From the IMG/VR virus record IMGVR_UViG_3300047560_000195, positions 2,623-66,622 of that record: a stretch of DNA of 64,000 nucleotides; one strand, written 5' to 3'. Both the position numbers and the translations under genes were made by a program. The notes under the pieces were generated by a model, which worked only from the letters and a program-made list of their open reading frames with translations, had not been told where the DNA came from and did not search any database. This stretch comes from a virus. Shown here in pieces: positions 38,278 through 48,411 of the stretch (position 1 is the stretch's first letter; the number at the start of each line of letters is the position of its first letter).

Positions 38278-39189
38278 TTAGTAAGCGCCGGGTGAACCGA
38301 AGATTCCCAGCGGATCGGACCAACCGAAGCTATAACGCTCACGAGCCTTATAACGCACGTTGCCAGTATCAAAGTCACCGTCCATTGAATTCTGGAGGGG
38401 GATACGTACAAAGTGCTTCAGGCCGTTCGGTACATCAGTGGTCAGGAACCATGCGTTCGGGTCGGTCAGGAAGTGGTTAATCGTATAACCTTCCGGAACA
38501 ACGCCGTTGTTCTTGATCGCATTGATGTCGTTGTTGTTGGTACCAACGCGGAGCTCGGTTTCGAGCAGGCGGGTAGCAACGAACTGGAGCTGCGGAGGAA
38601 CAATCAGCTTCTTCGGCTTGGCAGCGATCAGCAGGCCACGTTCGTCAGTCCACAGGGAGATCTGAATTACCGCCGCTTCGAGAGAGGTTTCGTTCAAGTC
38701 AGCCGGGGTAGTCGGCGTGTTGCTGTTGGTGCCACCGCTAACCAGCGGGTGAGCCGTAGAGAACAGAGAGACGCCATCACCACCGGTATAGGTAGAGTTG
38801 AAGCCATTGTTCAGTACGCTAGCGGCCTTAACCTGCTTGGTGTAAGCCATACCACGAGCCAGAGACTTCGTATAACGACCTGACAGGCTGTCATACAGGT
38901 TATCTTCGATCGCCTCTTCGGTGATCGCAAAACCCATAGCAATGGTTTCGTGGTTGTAACGAGCGGTCCATGCTTCCTGTGCATTGTCGTACGAGATCGC
39001 CTGACCTTCGTTTTTGACTGGTGCAGCTGAGAAGCCTGACAGCTTGGTTTCTTCTTCGAATGAACGCTCAGAAGATTCAGTTTCGTAAATCTCTTTGTGT
39101 TCTTCACCGTATCGAGCGTATTCCATGCCGAACAGGGCGTTCAGACCGGGAAGGAGCTCTTTAAGAAGTTGGGCGCGAGAAATAGCCAT
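38278..39189 (-). CDS. Major capsid protein
   Basis: MAISRAQLLKELLPGLNALFG..KKLIVPPQL..DFDTGNVRYKARERYSFGWSD; strong RBS; terminator after. Confidence 0.9.
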   Translation of the reverse strand: MAISRAQLLKELLPGLNALFGMEYARYGEEHKEIYETESSERSFEEETKLSGFSAAPVKNEGQAISYDNAQEAWTARYNHETIAMGFAITEEAIEDNLYDSLSGRYTKSLARGMAYTKQVKAASVLNNGFNSTYTGGDGVSLFSTAHPLVSGGTNSNTPTTPADLNETSLEAAVIQISLWTDERGLLIAAKPKKLIVPPQLQFVATRLLETELRVGTNNNDINAIKNNGVVPEGYTINHFLTDPNAWFLTTDVPNGLKHFVRIPLQNSMDGDFDTGNVRYKARERYSFGWSDPLGIFGSPGAY

Positions 39190-39207
39190 TTATCTTACTC
39201 CTTCAGA

Positions 39208-40077
39208 TTAAACGCCAGCGGAATTGGTATAGCCTTGGAATCCTTGATTCCAGACAACACGAACTTCCGGGTAACCGACGAAAGTAACAGCGGTACCGCT
39301 AGCCAGCGTAACAGCTGAGTTAACAGTAACCGTAGTACCGTTCACGTTAGTGACGGTAATGAAGTTACCACCCAGTGAACCCGTACCAGTCGGAGCAATA
39401 AGCTGCATACCAGCCTGAATCGCAGAGTTAGCTGCGGTCAGGGTAACCGTGGTGTTAGAACCAGAGGTGCTAGCGACAGCTGCAACAGATACCGCAGTAT
39501 CAGGAACAAGCTGTACAACACGGAACGGAAGAGCCGTAGCAACACGAGTGTTACCAACCGTACCAGAGGTGATAACACCGCCAGATACAGACATTGCAGA
39601 GTCACCAGAGGTGGTGCTGCCCGTAGCGCCAGTAATAGCGTATACGTTCGTACCAACAAATGACTGAGACAGGTAACCAATGGTTGAACCGGTGTTAGCC
39701 AGTGAAGTGCTCTGTGAAGTAACAGCTACGCGAAGAACCGTACGCGGATCATCGATGATGTACGCAACGGCATCCTGAGCAACCGTACCAGCAGGCCAGT
39801 ACTGAGCACGCAGCTTCTGCTGGGTAGACGGATTGGTGTATTCAACACCGACGAAGACACCAAGGGTGCCATCGACAGCCGTACCCGGAGAGCTAGCCGC
39901 ACTCATGGCTGATTTAATAACCGTACCACCAGAAAGCTGAACGAGGTCGCCGTTAAACAGGTTCACGTTGTAGCCCGTAGCAATCGGGTACATACGAGTA
40001 GAACCTGCATAGGGAAGACCACCCAGCTCATTTTCCGCCTTAAACCCGTAGGGGGCTGAGACAATAGGATAAGCCAT
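39208..40077 (-). CDS. Capsid-associated (cement/decoration) protein
   Basis: APYGF..FNGDLV..GVFVGVEYT..IIDDP; immediately upstream of MCP. Confidence 0.65.
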   Translation of the reverse strand: MAYPIVSAPYGFKAENELGGLPYAGSTRMYPIATGYNVNLFNGDLVQLSGGTVIKSAMSAASSPGTAVDGTLGVFVGVEYTNPSTQQKLRAQYWPAGTVAQDAVAYIIDDPRTVLRVAVTSQSTSLANTGSTIGYLSQSFVGTNVYAITGATGSTTSGDSAMSVSGGVITSGTVGNTRVATALPFRVVQLVPDTAVSVAAVASTSGSNTTVTLTAANSAIQAGMQLIAPTGTGSLGGNFITVTNVNGTTVTVNSAVTLASGTAVTFVGYPEVRVVWNQGFQGYTNSAGV

Positions 40078-40099
40078 AGGAAAACTCCTAAATTAAAGA

Positions 40100-40549
40100 T
40101 TATGACCCTTTGCCAAAGCTCGTCTCAGATTTTCCTTCTTTGAAGATGGGCATCCGAGGGTCACTTTGACGCATCAGATTGTTATCCACAGCCTTCGTTT
40201 GATTATCTGTCTGCTGATTAACGTAAGCATTACGCTGTTCAACAAACTCAAGCGGAGTCTTGCAAAGCAACAACCCGCCAATCTCAATGTTGTCTTTAAA
40301 ACGACTATTGGGATCGACTAGCAGTGTGAATTTAGGTTGCTCCTCAAGACGGCATGGCTCCCATCCCTCACGGAATTTAGAAGACAAGTTGCGTGCATTA
40401 GGAACACCCATAACAGTTGAAGCAATCCATCGATAGGCATAACCCGGTTCTTTATCGGGTTCGGGGAGTAGTTCCGGGGGCATCCACTGCTTAGGGCGCT
40501 CCGAAAATTCTCTGTTATCCATATCTCGGTTGATTCTGTTCGCAGCCAT
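40100..40549 (-). CDS. Conserved head-module protein
   Basis: W.PP..LP.P..PGYAYRWI..REGWEP..IGGLLLCK. Confidence 0.6.
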   Translation of the reverse strand: MAANRINRDMDNREFSERPKQWMPPELLPEPDKEPGYAYRWIASTVMGVPNARNLSSKFREGWEPCRLEEQPKFTLLVDPNSRFKDNIEIGGLLLCKTPLEFVEQRNAYVNQQTDNQTKAVDNNLMRQSDPRMPIFKEGKSETSFGKGS

Positions 40550-40550
40550 G

Positions 40551-41516
40551 TCAGGCCTCCAATTTTAAAAGTTCACGGACGTATTGTTCGGGGGTTAGCC
40601 CGAGTTTCTTGGCAATCGCTACCTGAGACGCTTTAAGTCTCACCCTTTTAGGGGCGGTGCTACGAGTAGCCGGAGCTACGACCGTGGCTGGCTTTGCTTT
40701 GGGCTTGTCTGCTACAGGCTCTGCCGTTTCTTCCTCGTCAAAATAGTCGGGGAAGCGTTTCCGCATAGTCTTGTCCAACTTTGCGTAGTAATCATCGGTA
40801 CCCACATACTCGGCTCCATACTTTTCCCGAAGGTCTTCATGGACACCTAATGCCATTGCCGTCATAACCCGGTCAGGTCCGAACCATGGGTTATCTTCTT
40901 GCCACTCCATAGCCTTAGGGTCAGGTCTCGGAGCTTTTGGCACAGGTGGAGTATATGGAACCTGTTGTTGCGGTTGTACAGTATTGAATTCTTCTTGTAA
41001 AGAATTTTCCTTTTTCTCTTTCTTTACTCGATCAAGCTCAACCTGTAAGCGAGTCATTTTCTCCTGAGCTTCTGCCATAGCATCAGAATCACCCGCTTCA
41101 TATGCGTCTTTAAATTCTTTTTTAGCGGCTTTAAGCTGGAGCTTAGTCGCTTCCTTCATAGTCTCCTGATACTCAGCGGCCTTGGTATTAACAAGGTCTT
41201 TAATTCGCTTATTCTCAGCATAGACAGTTTGAAGCGCTTCCATGGCGGCAGCGTGTTCACGCTCCATCATTTCTCTAGCACGTCGCTCATCATTCCACAC
41301 TTTCTTCATGCGGATGAGTTTGTCCTTAGCGTCCTTACTGTACTTATCAAGGTCATCGACCTCGACTTCCAGTTTCTTTACACGCTCAGGATCAGACGGA
41401 GTACGACCCCTATCCTCTTCAGGAATATCGTCCTCAATCTCAATCTCGATATTGCCGCCTTCAGCGAGTTTTGTTTCCTGCTCGTCAGGGAATTGAAAAT
41501 CTAATTCACCGGGCAT
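40551..41516 (-). CDS. Capsid scaffolding protein
   Basis: Acidic coiled coil, PDPKA.EW..NPWFG, C-terminal SQVAIAKKLGLTPEQY. Confidence 0.75.
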   Translation of the reverse strand: MPGELDFQFPDEQETKLAEGGNIEIEIEDDIPEEDRGRTPSDPERVKKLEVEVDDLDKYSKDAKDKLIRMKKVWNDERRAREMMEREHAAAMEALQTVYAENKRIKDLVNTKAAEYQETMKEATKLQLKAAKKEFKDAYEAGDSDAMAEAQEKMTRLQVELDRVKKEKKENSLQEEFNTVQPQQQVPYTPPVPKAPRPDPKAMEWQEDNPWFGPDRVMTAMALGVHEDLREKYGAEYVGTDDYYAKLDKTMRKRFPDYFDEEETAEPVADKPKAKPATVVAPATRSTAPKRVRLKASQVAIAKKLGLTPEQYVRELLKLEA

Positions 41517-41527
41517 GTCCGCCTCCT

Positions 41528-41932
41528 TTAAAACTTACGACGAATACCACGTGGATCTTCGACAACCGCTTCTACGCTGTCATCGTTAATAATCCGGAAT
41601 TCACGATCGTGAATAAGCAACCGGGTACCTGCATTCGGTCTTACCAATACAAAGTCACCTTCGCTGCACCAAGGACCAGACGGGAACCGTTCTGCGTCCT
41701 TATAACAATCGGGTCCCATCTTCACGACGAACAGCACCGTAGTGAGCAGCTCATCATGACGTATTGTCTCGTCAGCCTTCAACAGCCCACCCTCGTAGGC
41801 TTTGTCAGCTTCAGGAATAGCGCACAGGATCCGATAACCCTTAGGTTCTGGCAGTTGTTTTGCCTTCTCTTCAGACGATTTGTTCATTACCGCCTCAAGA
41901 TCCACTGCCATACTAAGATCAACATTACTCAT
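41528..41932 (-). CDS. groES: Co-chaperonin GroES-like
   Basis: P.GYRIL, GGLL, VVKMGPDCY, GDFV, FRIINDDSVEAVV. Confidence 0.85.
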   Translation of the reverse strand: MSNVDLSMAVDLEAVMNKSSEEKAKQLPEPKGYRILCAIPEADKAYEGGLLKADETIRHDELLTTVLFVVKMGPDCYKDAERFPSGPWCSEGDFVLVRPNAGTRLLIHDREFRIINDDSVEAVVEDPRGIRRKF

Positions 41933-42122
41933 TGTCCGAGTTCTCCAAACGTTGTTTAAGGGTTTCAATAACAAAACATGCAGACTCTAACCCCCGAATC
42001 TGCCCACATGTATACCGATACTCGTCATACGAACTTACCTTGTCCGATGCTAGCGCGTCGGCCAGCAGTGCCATCCGCTCCCTCATTTCTGTGATGAGAT
42101 AGCCAAGATGCCGGTCAATCAT
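41925..42122 (-). CDS. Small conserved head-module protein
   Basis: Y.EYRY.CGQIRGL; between portal and GroES; AGGAGG RBS. Confidence 0.65.
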   Translation of the reverse strand: MIDRHLGYLITEMRERMALLADALASDKVSSYDEYRYTCGQIRGLESACFVIETLKQRLENSDNE

Positions 42123-42142
42123 GATGCCCTCCTTTACGTTTA

Positions 42143-44764
42143 TTACTCTTCAGCTTTACCTTTATTGGCTTGCTGCTTTACGGTTTGCCTGTCGGACATA
42201 TCTCTCTGATGTATCCGATCACGCGCCTTCTGCTCTTTGTCATGAGCAAGCTGGCCTTCGTGCTTGATAACGTCCATCGCCAACTCATTTTGTTGCTGAT
42301 GGTGCTGGCTGTTGATATCCGTCATGTGCGTGAAGGCCTCCATCGTGGCTTTAGCCTTCATATCCCGCACTCTTAGATCACGCTCTGAGCCAGCCTTAAG
42401 CGTATCAACGGCCAACTGCGTTCTGCGTAGTCTGAGATCCTCCGACTTAAGCTGCGATTCCACCTGCAACTCTTGTTCCTTCAACATAATCTCGGCCTTA
42501 TCCTTCTCGGCCTTACGCTTAACTTCTTCAGCCTTGATCTGTAGCTCTTGCTGCTGCATCTGCACCATCGGGTCTTGGGCCTGCGCCTGCGCTTGCTGCT
42601 GTGCTACTTGCGCTTGGTTCTGCTGAAGTAGCTGCTGGGAAGCCTGAGCAAGGAGCGGGGCCAGACGTGCTTCAACTTCCGGGTCCATGTTAATGTCTTC
42701 ACCGGACTCGTCCTTCTGCGGCGGCAGGTTAAAGCCAAGCTGCTTCTCAATCTCTACACGGTATGCAAACCCAAGGTGCTCGTTGATATGAGCCATCATC
42801 GCAGCTGCGATCTGCTGGGCCATCGGGTTACCCTGCATAAGCTGCTGGATCTTGGGATCCTGCATCGCACTCATATGCACCGTGATGTGCGCTTGATGAT
42901 CTTGGTACGCAAACGCCTTGACCGGCTTCACCATGAGGACCGCTTGGTTTTCCGAAACGGGGTCCATAGGTTTCTGATCCTCCGCCATTGGCACGAGCTT
43001 TGCCCCGTTCTTGATACCCAGAACGTCCAGCATCTCACGGTAGAGGAGCGGCATATTGAAAAGCTGTGGCGAACCTTGCGCCAATTGGAATACCGCTTGG
43101 TACTGTACGATTTTTTGGGCCATCGTCGAGGCATTGGGATCTGATACCGGAATGACATCGACATTCGAATAATCCGACTTTCTAGCCTTGCGAGAGCCCT
43201 CATCCGGATCATAGTCGTAGTCCTCTGGTGCGTAGTCAGCGATGATTCGCTTCAGGAGCTTGAGCTCCTGTTTCAGTGAGAAGTGGATGCGGGCCTGAAT
43301 AGCCGACATCGTCTTGAGTGTTCTCTCAAGGATAGCCAGCGTGGTGCCAACCGGTGCCTGTGAAGACATGTCAGAAATCTGAAGATCAGCCGTGTTAGCG
43401 AATCTCCGTCCTTCCTCAATGATCTTGTCCATGAGCCCGGCCAAGACCTGTGACGGCTCCTTATAAGGCAGCGGCATCAGGTTATCCCTGAGTACACCAG
43501 AGGGAACATCTACATCCTTCCACTCGCCCGGAGCGATCGGGGTGTCATCTCCCTTAATACGCAGCCCACGAGTCTTAAACCCGCCCGGCAGATTCGATAG
43601 AGTCCCCGCGTCCACGAGCTGACGGATAATAGAAGTCCCGCTCTTAGCGTATGCACCGATGAGGTGGATTAGGCCAAAGTAGTAGAACCCAAAGCCGGGG
43701 ATATACCCGTAATGTACGAAATGCTGCCTTTTCTGATGAGTCTCATCATCTGGCTCCCAGTTACGACGGATAGCCAAGACCTTCTGAGTCCCCTTCTCAA
43801 TAGTAACTACGTACGGGAGAGCTATGCCTGTCGGCTCACCGTCCTCGTCCGTGTCCTCAAACCCCTTGAGGTCCAAGTCGACCTGCATTTCTAGCAGCTT
43901 GTAACGGTTGTCAGTGGTAGCACGGAAGCCCATCTTCTCGGCGATAGTCTTCTCAACCTCGTCCAGCGAACCGTCTGGCTCACCCAAGTCCTCATCGAGG
44001 TAGAACCCCTCGATCTGTAACTGCCTGAGCTGGTTCTCCGTCTTCCGCATGATATGAGTCAAACGTGGAGTAGACCTGATATCCGAGGCACCGTAGGGGA
44101 CGACTACATCTTCAGCCGTGACGTACAGGGCTACCTGACGACCAACTGACGGGTCGTAGTACACCTTCTTAAACGCATTACCCGACAGGCCAAGGCCCCA
44201 GAGCATCCGCTCAGTCTCAGGCCGGTACTCCGGCATCTCCTCCGTGAGCTGGTAGTTCATGTCATCCTGAACGCGCTCAGCAGACTTCTTCTTGTCCGGG
44301 GTCTCCTTACCAATAATAAGAGTCTTCACCGGACCTTGAGCCGGGAAGATAGACATCATTGTTTCCGCTTGGAACTTGACGAGGGCTTCAGCCAGCAGCG
44401 GGTGGTACACACCGCACGCGCCTTCCCATGGCTCTGCTCTCTCCTCGATCTTAAGACCAAGGAGCTCAAGTCCGTCTACGTACGTCTGTATCCAGTCCTT
44501 ACGTGAGGAGATGTCGTCCTCAAAGTCACCAATGAGGTCCCCTGCCAGCTGGTCAAGATCGCCCTGATCCATCTGTTCTGCGAGGTTGGCATTGAAATCG
44601 TCGTCTTCTTCCTTGCCCGGTTCGAGGATAATCTCCAGATCACCCATACCAATAGTTACTGACTCAGGATCCTCGATCTCAATCTCGAGCGGTTCCGCAT
44701 TCGGATCTTGCGCCATCTGAGCAATACCCATAGGGGCAGCGTAAAGCGATTTCTCTATAGCCAT
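42143..44764 (-). CDS. Portal protein
   Basis: Follows terL; SRKDW, GNAFKKVYYD, FGFYYFGLIH, long Gln-rich C-terminal barrel. Confidence 0.9.
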   Translation of the reverse strand: MAIEKSLYAAPMGIAQMAQDPNAEPLEIEIEDPESVTIGMGDLEIILEPGKEEDDDFNANLAEQMDQGDLDQLAGDLIGDFEDDISSRKDWIQTYVDGLELLGLKIEERAEPWEGACGVYHPLLAEALVKFQAETMMSIFPAQGPVKTLIIGKETPDKKKSAERVQDDMNYQLTEEMPEYRPETERMLWGLGLSGNAFKKVYYDPSVGRQVALYVTAEDVVVPYGASDIRSTPRLTHIMRKTENQLRQLQIEGFYLDEDLGEPDGSLDEVEKTIAEKMGFRATTDNRYKLLEMQVDLDLKGFEDTDEDGEPTGIALPYVVTIEKGTQKVLAIRRNWEPDDETHQKRQHFVHYGYIPGFGFYYFGLIHLIGAYAKSGTSIIRQLVDAGTLSNLPGGFKTRGLRIKGDDTPIAPGEWKDVDVPSGVLRDNLMPLPYKEPSQVLAGLMDKIIEEGRRFANTADLQISDMSSQAPVGTTLAILERTLKTMSAIQARIHFSLKQELKLLKRIIADYAPEDYDYDPDEGSRKARKSDYSNVDVIPVSDPNASTMAQKIVQYQAVFQLAQGSPQLFNMPLLYREMLDVLGIKNGAKLVPMAEDQKPMDPVSENQAVLMVKPVKAFAYQDHQAHITVHMSAMQDPKIQQLMQGNPMAQQIAAAMMAHINEHLGFAYRVEIEKQLGFNLPPQKDESGEDINMDPEVEARLAPLLAQASQQLLQQNQAQVAQQQAQAQAQDPMVQMQQQELQIKAEEVKRKAEKDKAEIMLKEQELQVESQLKSEDLRLRRTQLAVDTLKAGSERDLRVRDMKAKATMEAFTHMTDINSQHHQQQNELAMDVIKHEGQLAHDKEQKARDRIHQRDMSDRQTVKQQANKGKAEE

Positions 44765-44778
44765 CTAAGGACCTCTAA

Positions 44779-46308
44779 TTAGTAGTAAGCACGCTTACGT
44801 GCCTTGAAAAACTGGGGCTCATCGGGCTCGTCCGTAGGGAGACGTACAAACCCACCGTTTCTAAACCGCATCAGCGCCATTACCGTGGAGTCCACCAAGT
44901 CGTCATGTGACCCAAATGGAAACGCTGCTAGCTCCTCGATCAGCTCTTCAGCCCAACGTGTTTCCGGCACCCATACCAATTCTGAGCGAATAATATCAGC
45001 CACGGAATTAAGCCGCGCTGTTTTATCTCCACTACCCCTATGAGGGGTATATTCCTGCACCGCCATACCTGTGCGCCGGAGTTCTTGATACAGGGCCGTA
45101 CCTGCCGACTTCTTCTCCACAATAAACGCATCTGGCTGGTACTCGCTGTACTGTTGATACGCGAGGTCTTTTAACTCTGGGAACTCGACACGCTTCTTAA
45201 TACTGTTTAGCAGGATGATGTTATAGGCGCTCGTCTGCTCGTTGAGGAACACGCCCCATGTAGTAAGTGCCGTGAAGTCCGCACGGTTATTAGTTTCGGC
45301 AGCGGCGTCCAGAGACATGATGATGTATTCGCACGAGGGAGGACGCTCTTGCTTCCATAACTGCCACCAATCGCGCTTGACGATGGCGGCTTCCTCGCCG
45401 GTCGGGTTCTGCTGAAACTGCGCGTTCCACTGGAACAGCGGCATACCCGCCTTGATCCGTCGTAGTGCCTCGAGTGTGTACTGTTCCGGCCAGAGAGCCG
45501 CCTCATTCGGCGTGTTCTCATTAAATATGGCAGGAAACTCAATTACCTCGTACTGATCCGTGTCCTCATTGTGGATCATGTCGCGCACCACGCGACCTGT
45601 CAGATCGTCTTGATGCCATCTTGTCTGGATGATCGCTACGCGACCACCCGGCATCAGTCGGGTCCGTGCTCCGTAGGTAAACCACTCATAAGCGCGGTCA
45701 AATACATCAAGGTTGCCATTAATAATGTCCTGCTCGTTGTGCGGATCGTCAACCAGTAGGAGGTCAGCACCGCGACCAGCGAGCGCAGACCCAACACCGC
45801 AAGCAAAATACTCGCCACCAGCATTAGTATTCCAACGACCGGCAGACTTACTATCAGCGGCCAGAGTAACTGTGGGAAAGATGTCTTTATAGGTTTGCGT
45901 ATCAATGATGTTCCTTACTTTGCGACCAAAATCTACAGCGAGGTCTGTGGTGTGAGACACCATCAGGATCTTCTTGTTCGGATACTTACCAATGAACCAT
46001 GCCGGGTAGTAAATAGACACCAGCTGACTCTTACCGTGGCGAGGCGGGATATTTACACAGACCCGATCCTTCGTCCCATCGGCCAAAGCCATTAATTGGT
46101 TGGCTAGGATCCTGTGATGTTTACCAACCTTATAGTCCTCCTGCATCTTTTTGCAGAATTCGATGAGGTCGTCACGGCACGCTTGTGCGGATCTTCGCTT
46201 AGCTAGCTCATCTATGAGCTGACCGACTTCTTCTGCCTCTTCAGGAGACAGAATATCCATATGCTGGGACAAGAAGTCCAGCTCAGCGTCGTCAAGGATT
46301 TGACTCAC
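44779..46308 (-). CDS. terL: Terminase large subunit
   Basis: PPRHGKS Walker A, LLLVDDP Walker B, TRWH.DDL, FP.GSHDDLVDS. Confidence 0.95.
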   Translation of the reverse strand: MSQILDDAELDFLSQHMDILSPEEAEEVGQLIDELAKRRSAQACRDDLIEFCKKMQEDYKVGKHHRILANQLMALADGTKDRVCVNIPPRHGKSQLVSIYYPAWFIGKYPNKKILMVSHTTDLAVDFGRKVRNIIDTQTYKDIFPTVTLAADSKSAGRWNTNAGGEYFACGVGSALAGRGADLLLVDDPHNEQDIINGNLDVFDRAYEWFTYGARTRLMPGGRVAIIQTRWHQDDLTGRVVRDMIHNEDTDQYEVIEFPAIFNENTPNEAALWPEQYTLEALRRIKAGMPLFQWNAQFQQNPTGEEAAIVKRDWWQLWKQERPPSCEYIIMSLDAAAETNNRADFTALTTWGVFLNEQTSAYNIILLNSIKKRVEFPELKDLAYQQYSEYQPDAFIVEKKSAGTALYQELRRTGMAVQEYTPHRGSGDKTARLNSVADIIRSELVWVPETRWAEELIEELAAFPFGSHDDLVDSTVMALMRFRNGGFVRLPTDEPDEPQFFKARKRAYY

Positions 46309-46877
46309 AGACCAAGCTCCGCATCTACGTCGATAATCTCTCCTTCAATCGGGGGTGGCATGGGAGTAATGTCTTTCGGCTCACGCAGCGCGGCGATTTT
46401 GGCACGCACATTATTAATAAGGTCTTCAGTGGACCTGTGAGTGACCGTAACTTCCGATTTTTCGGTGAAAAGCCCCACGTCCGTAATCTTACCTAGCAGT
46501 TCTAGGGCTCTCATACGCACCTTGGGATCCGGATTATCGGATTCCAGCAGTAGTTTGTTGGTTACAAGCAGCCGAATTTGCGTGGCATTGTCCACGACCC
46601 GCACCGAGTACTCCTTAATAAGCTCATTTACGAGCCCGTAAGTAGCAGGACGGAAGCTTTGGCTGGTTTTCAGCAGCTTTGGCTGATTATCCACGTCCTC
46701 TATAAGCTCATAGAGGGCTTTTTCAGCGGCATCTTGGTCGTCTTCGGAGGGTATTTCCTCCTCGATACCTAAAAGGTTGAGAGTTCTACAGGCAGCTTCG
46801 ACTTTTTCCTTGAAATCGGAAAGTTTTGCCCCTGATTCTGGGAAAGGTATGGCTAAGTCTGGGTTGATTTCAAGCAT
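46305..46877 (-). CDS. terS: Terminase small subunit (putative)
   Basis: Directly upstream of terL; RMRALELLGK..VGLFTEK motif. Confidence 0.7.
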   Translation of the reverse strand: MLEINPDLAIPFPESGAKLSDFKEKVEAACRTLNLLGIEEEIPSEDDQDAAEKALYELIEDVDNQPKLLKTSQSFRPATYGLVNELIKEYSVRVVDNATQIRLLVTNKLLLESDNPDPKVRMRALELLGKITDVGLFTEKSEVTVTHRSTEDLINNVRAKIAALREPKDITPMPPPIEGEIIDVDAELGL

Positions 46878-46908
46878 ACACGCAGGTCCGCGAGTTTTAG
46901 TGCAACCA

Positions 46909-46937
46909 TATGTACACAAAAACAACGATTTAAGCAA
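46909..46937 (-). promoter_or_regulatory. Candidate promoter of late operon
   Basis: TTGCTT-17 nt-TACATA on - strand upstream of terS. Confidence 0.4.
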
Positions 46938-47133
46938 GTTTTCAAATTTTTTTGCAAAAAATTTTTGATGGGGCGATTTATTTTGGCACGGGGGGTGTTT
47001 TTGTAAGTGGGTACATTAGAACATTAGGTATGTTGGGAATTTGAAAAATAGGTAGTCGTTTGTATGAATTAGTAATACTACGCCTTGGATGGAACCAACT
47101 GAGAATTTGGGGGTGTGGGGTCCGAATTTGGCT

Positions 47134-47153
47134 TGTTAGACGATCGTCTAACA
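47134..47153. promoter_or_regulatory. 20-bp palindromic operator, copy 1 (perfect palindrome)
   Basis: TGTTAGACGATCGTCTAACA. Confidence 0.75.
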
Positions 47154-47247
47154 GGATATCTCTTGCGTACTTAAGAGAATTCATGGGATTCTATAACCGT
47201 GGAGAGGGATTTCCCCTCCCACTTAACTATAAATTGGAGATTACACC

Positions 47248-47811
47248 ATGAACGCAACCAACATTAAATCAATGGAAGCAACCATCAAGTCTTTGATCCT
47301 TTCTGCTTCACTCATCAAGCTGACAACTGAGACTTGCAAATCAGATATGCAAGTTCGTAACAAGTGGGTATTCCTTGCCAAGTCTTATCACGATGAGGGC
47401 ATCGTTTCGCTGATGCTTAACAAGCCCGAACGGGGTGAAAAATCACCCTATGAGAAGTTGCACAACCAGATAGAGACGGCTATCAGGTTGAGCTTCGACG
47501 GGGAAGTTCAAGACCTTATGAATAAGGAACCTAAGACGCTATCCAAGATAGATCAAGGAACTCGCAGGTATTGGCAACAACAAGTCGGGCGTTACTTCTC
47601 AGGTATCCGCTCGCATATTGCTAACTTCGAGAAGGCTGAACAGGATGAGGCTGAGTCTAAGACTCGCACCACGAAGTCCAAGAAAACTCGCATTCTTGAG
47701 GGTATGACTCAGATAGTCAAGATCGCCAAGGGCTATGAGTCAGCCGACTTTGATATCAAGTCTTTCCTCTCGAAGATGCAAGAGGCTGAGAACATCGTTA
47801 AGGGCAAGTAG
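47248..47811 (+). CDS. Hypothetical early protein
   Basis: GGAG RBS; 187-aa helical ORF; first gene of the early arm. Confidence 0.7.
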   Translation: MNATNIKSMEATIKSLILSASLIKLTTETCKSDMQVRNKWVFLAKSYHDEGIVSLMLNKPERGEKSPYEKLHNQIETAIRLSFDGEVQDLMNKEPKTLSKIDQGTRRYWQQQVGRYFSGIRSHIANFEKAEQDEAESKTRTTKSKKTRILEGMTQIVKIAKGYESADFDIKSFLSKMQEAENIVKGK

Positions 47812-47852
47812 TCAACCACGGGGCCAAGGATGGCCCCACCTCAATGGAGTAA

Positions 47853-48173
47853 ATGAATATGAACGCATACACAATGACTTGGATGATTATCCCATCTCAT
47901 GCACCAGATTCCATGCCCGAGTTCGGTCGCGAGTCTGACGTATCTCTCAACGTTTGCCTTAAGAGGATCAAGGGGATATGGCAAGCCTACGATTGTTCCG
48001 AAGAAGAGCGCCGTCCACTAGCATGGGCATATGAAATTAAGGACCAACATGGAAGGACAGTAGATAACGATCGGCTAGTAGATGGTAAATGGATGGAATT
48101 GACGGATAACCGGCGCGAGTACCAATTGGCGTTTTACGCTTCCCACAAAATGCTAGGTCCGGTATATCCTTAA
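47853..48173 (+). CDS. Hypothetical early protein
   Basis: GGAG RBS; followed by terminator. Confidence 0.6.
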   Translation: MNMNAYTMTWMIIPSHAPDSMPEFGRESDVSLNVCLKRIKGIWQAYDCSEEERRPLAWAYEIKDQHGRTVDNDRLVDGKWMELTDNRREYQLAFYASHKMLGPVYP

Positions 48174-48190
48174 TCGAGCCTTGACCGATC

Positions 48191-48214
48191 AAGCCCCCGA
48201 AAGGGGGCTTTTTT
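48191..48214 (+). terminator. Intrinsic terminator
   Basis: AAGCCCCC-gaaa-GGGGGCTT with a T run. Confidence 0.9.
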
Positions 48215-48391
48215 GTGCCTGTCAGAAATCCCCACTATCCTGCTACATTCGCACCAGACCGATCAAAACCCACTCAAGAAATCGAATCTGATGATACCAG
48301 TGACTTGTAGAAGCGGGTCGCTGAGGGTCAATTGTTCTTTTGTAGCGCGGGGATTTTGTGGTAACTACGATATCAAATGCTAATGTTCATT

Positions 48392-48411
48392 TGTTATATT
48401 GTTGTATAACA
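48392..48411. promoter_or_regulatory. Operator copy 2
   Basis: TGTTATATTGTTGTATAACA. Confidence 0.65.

Noticed and set aside
38199-38411. Capsid C-terminal extension by frameshift into the alternative ORF
   Set aside because: No slippery heptamer near the stop, and the short ORF runs through the terminator and ends early
9354-46095. Numerous antisense and out-of-frame ORFs inside late genes
   Set aside because: Shadow ORFs of long genes with clear motifs on the - strand
46878-46937. TTG start for terS given in the ORF track
   Set aside because: That TTG coincides with a -35-like box; ATG at 46877 is more plausible
46978-47251. Short ORFs on both strands in the divergent gap
   Set aside because: Low-complexity regulatory sequence with no RBS or protein-like features
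48288-48330. Hammerhead ribozyme suggested by CTGATGA
   Set aside because: Followed by GAAG rather than GAAA, no valid NUH site or stem I, and the second repeat copy lacks the CTG
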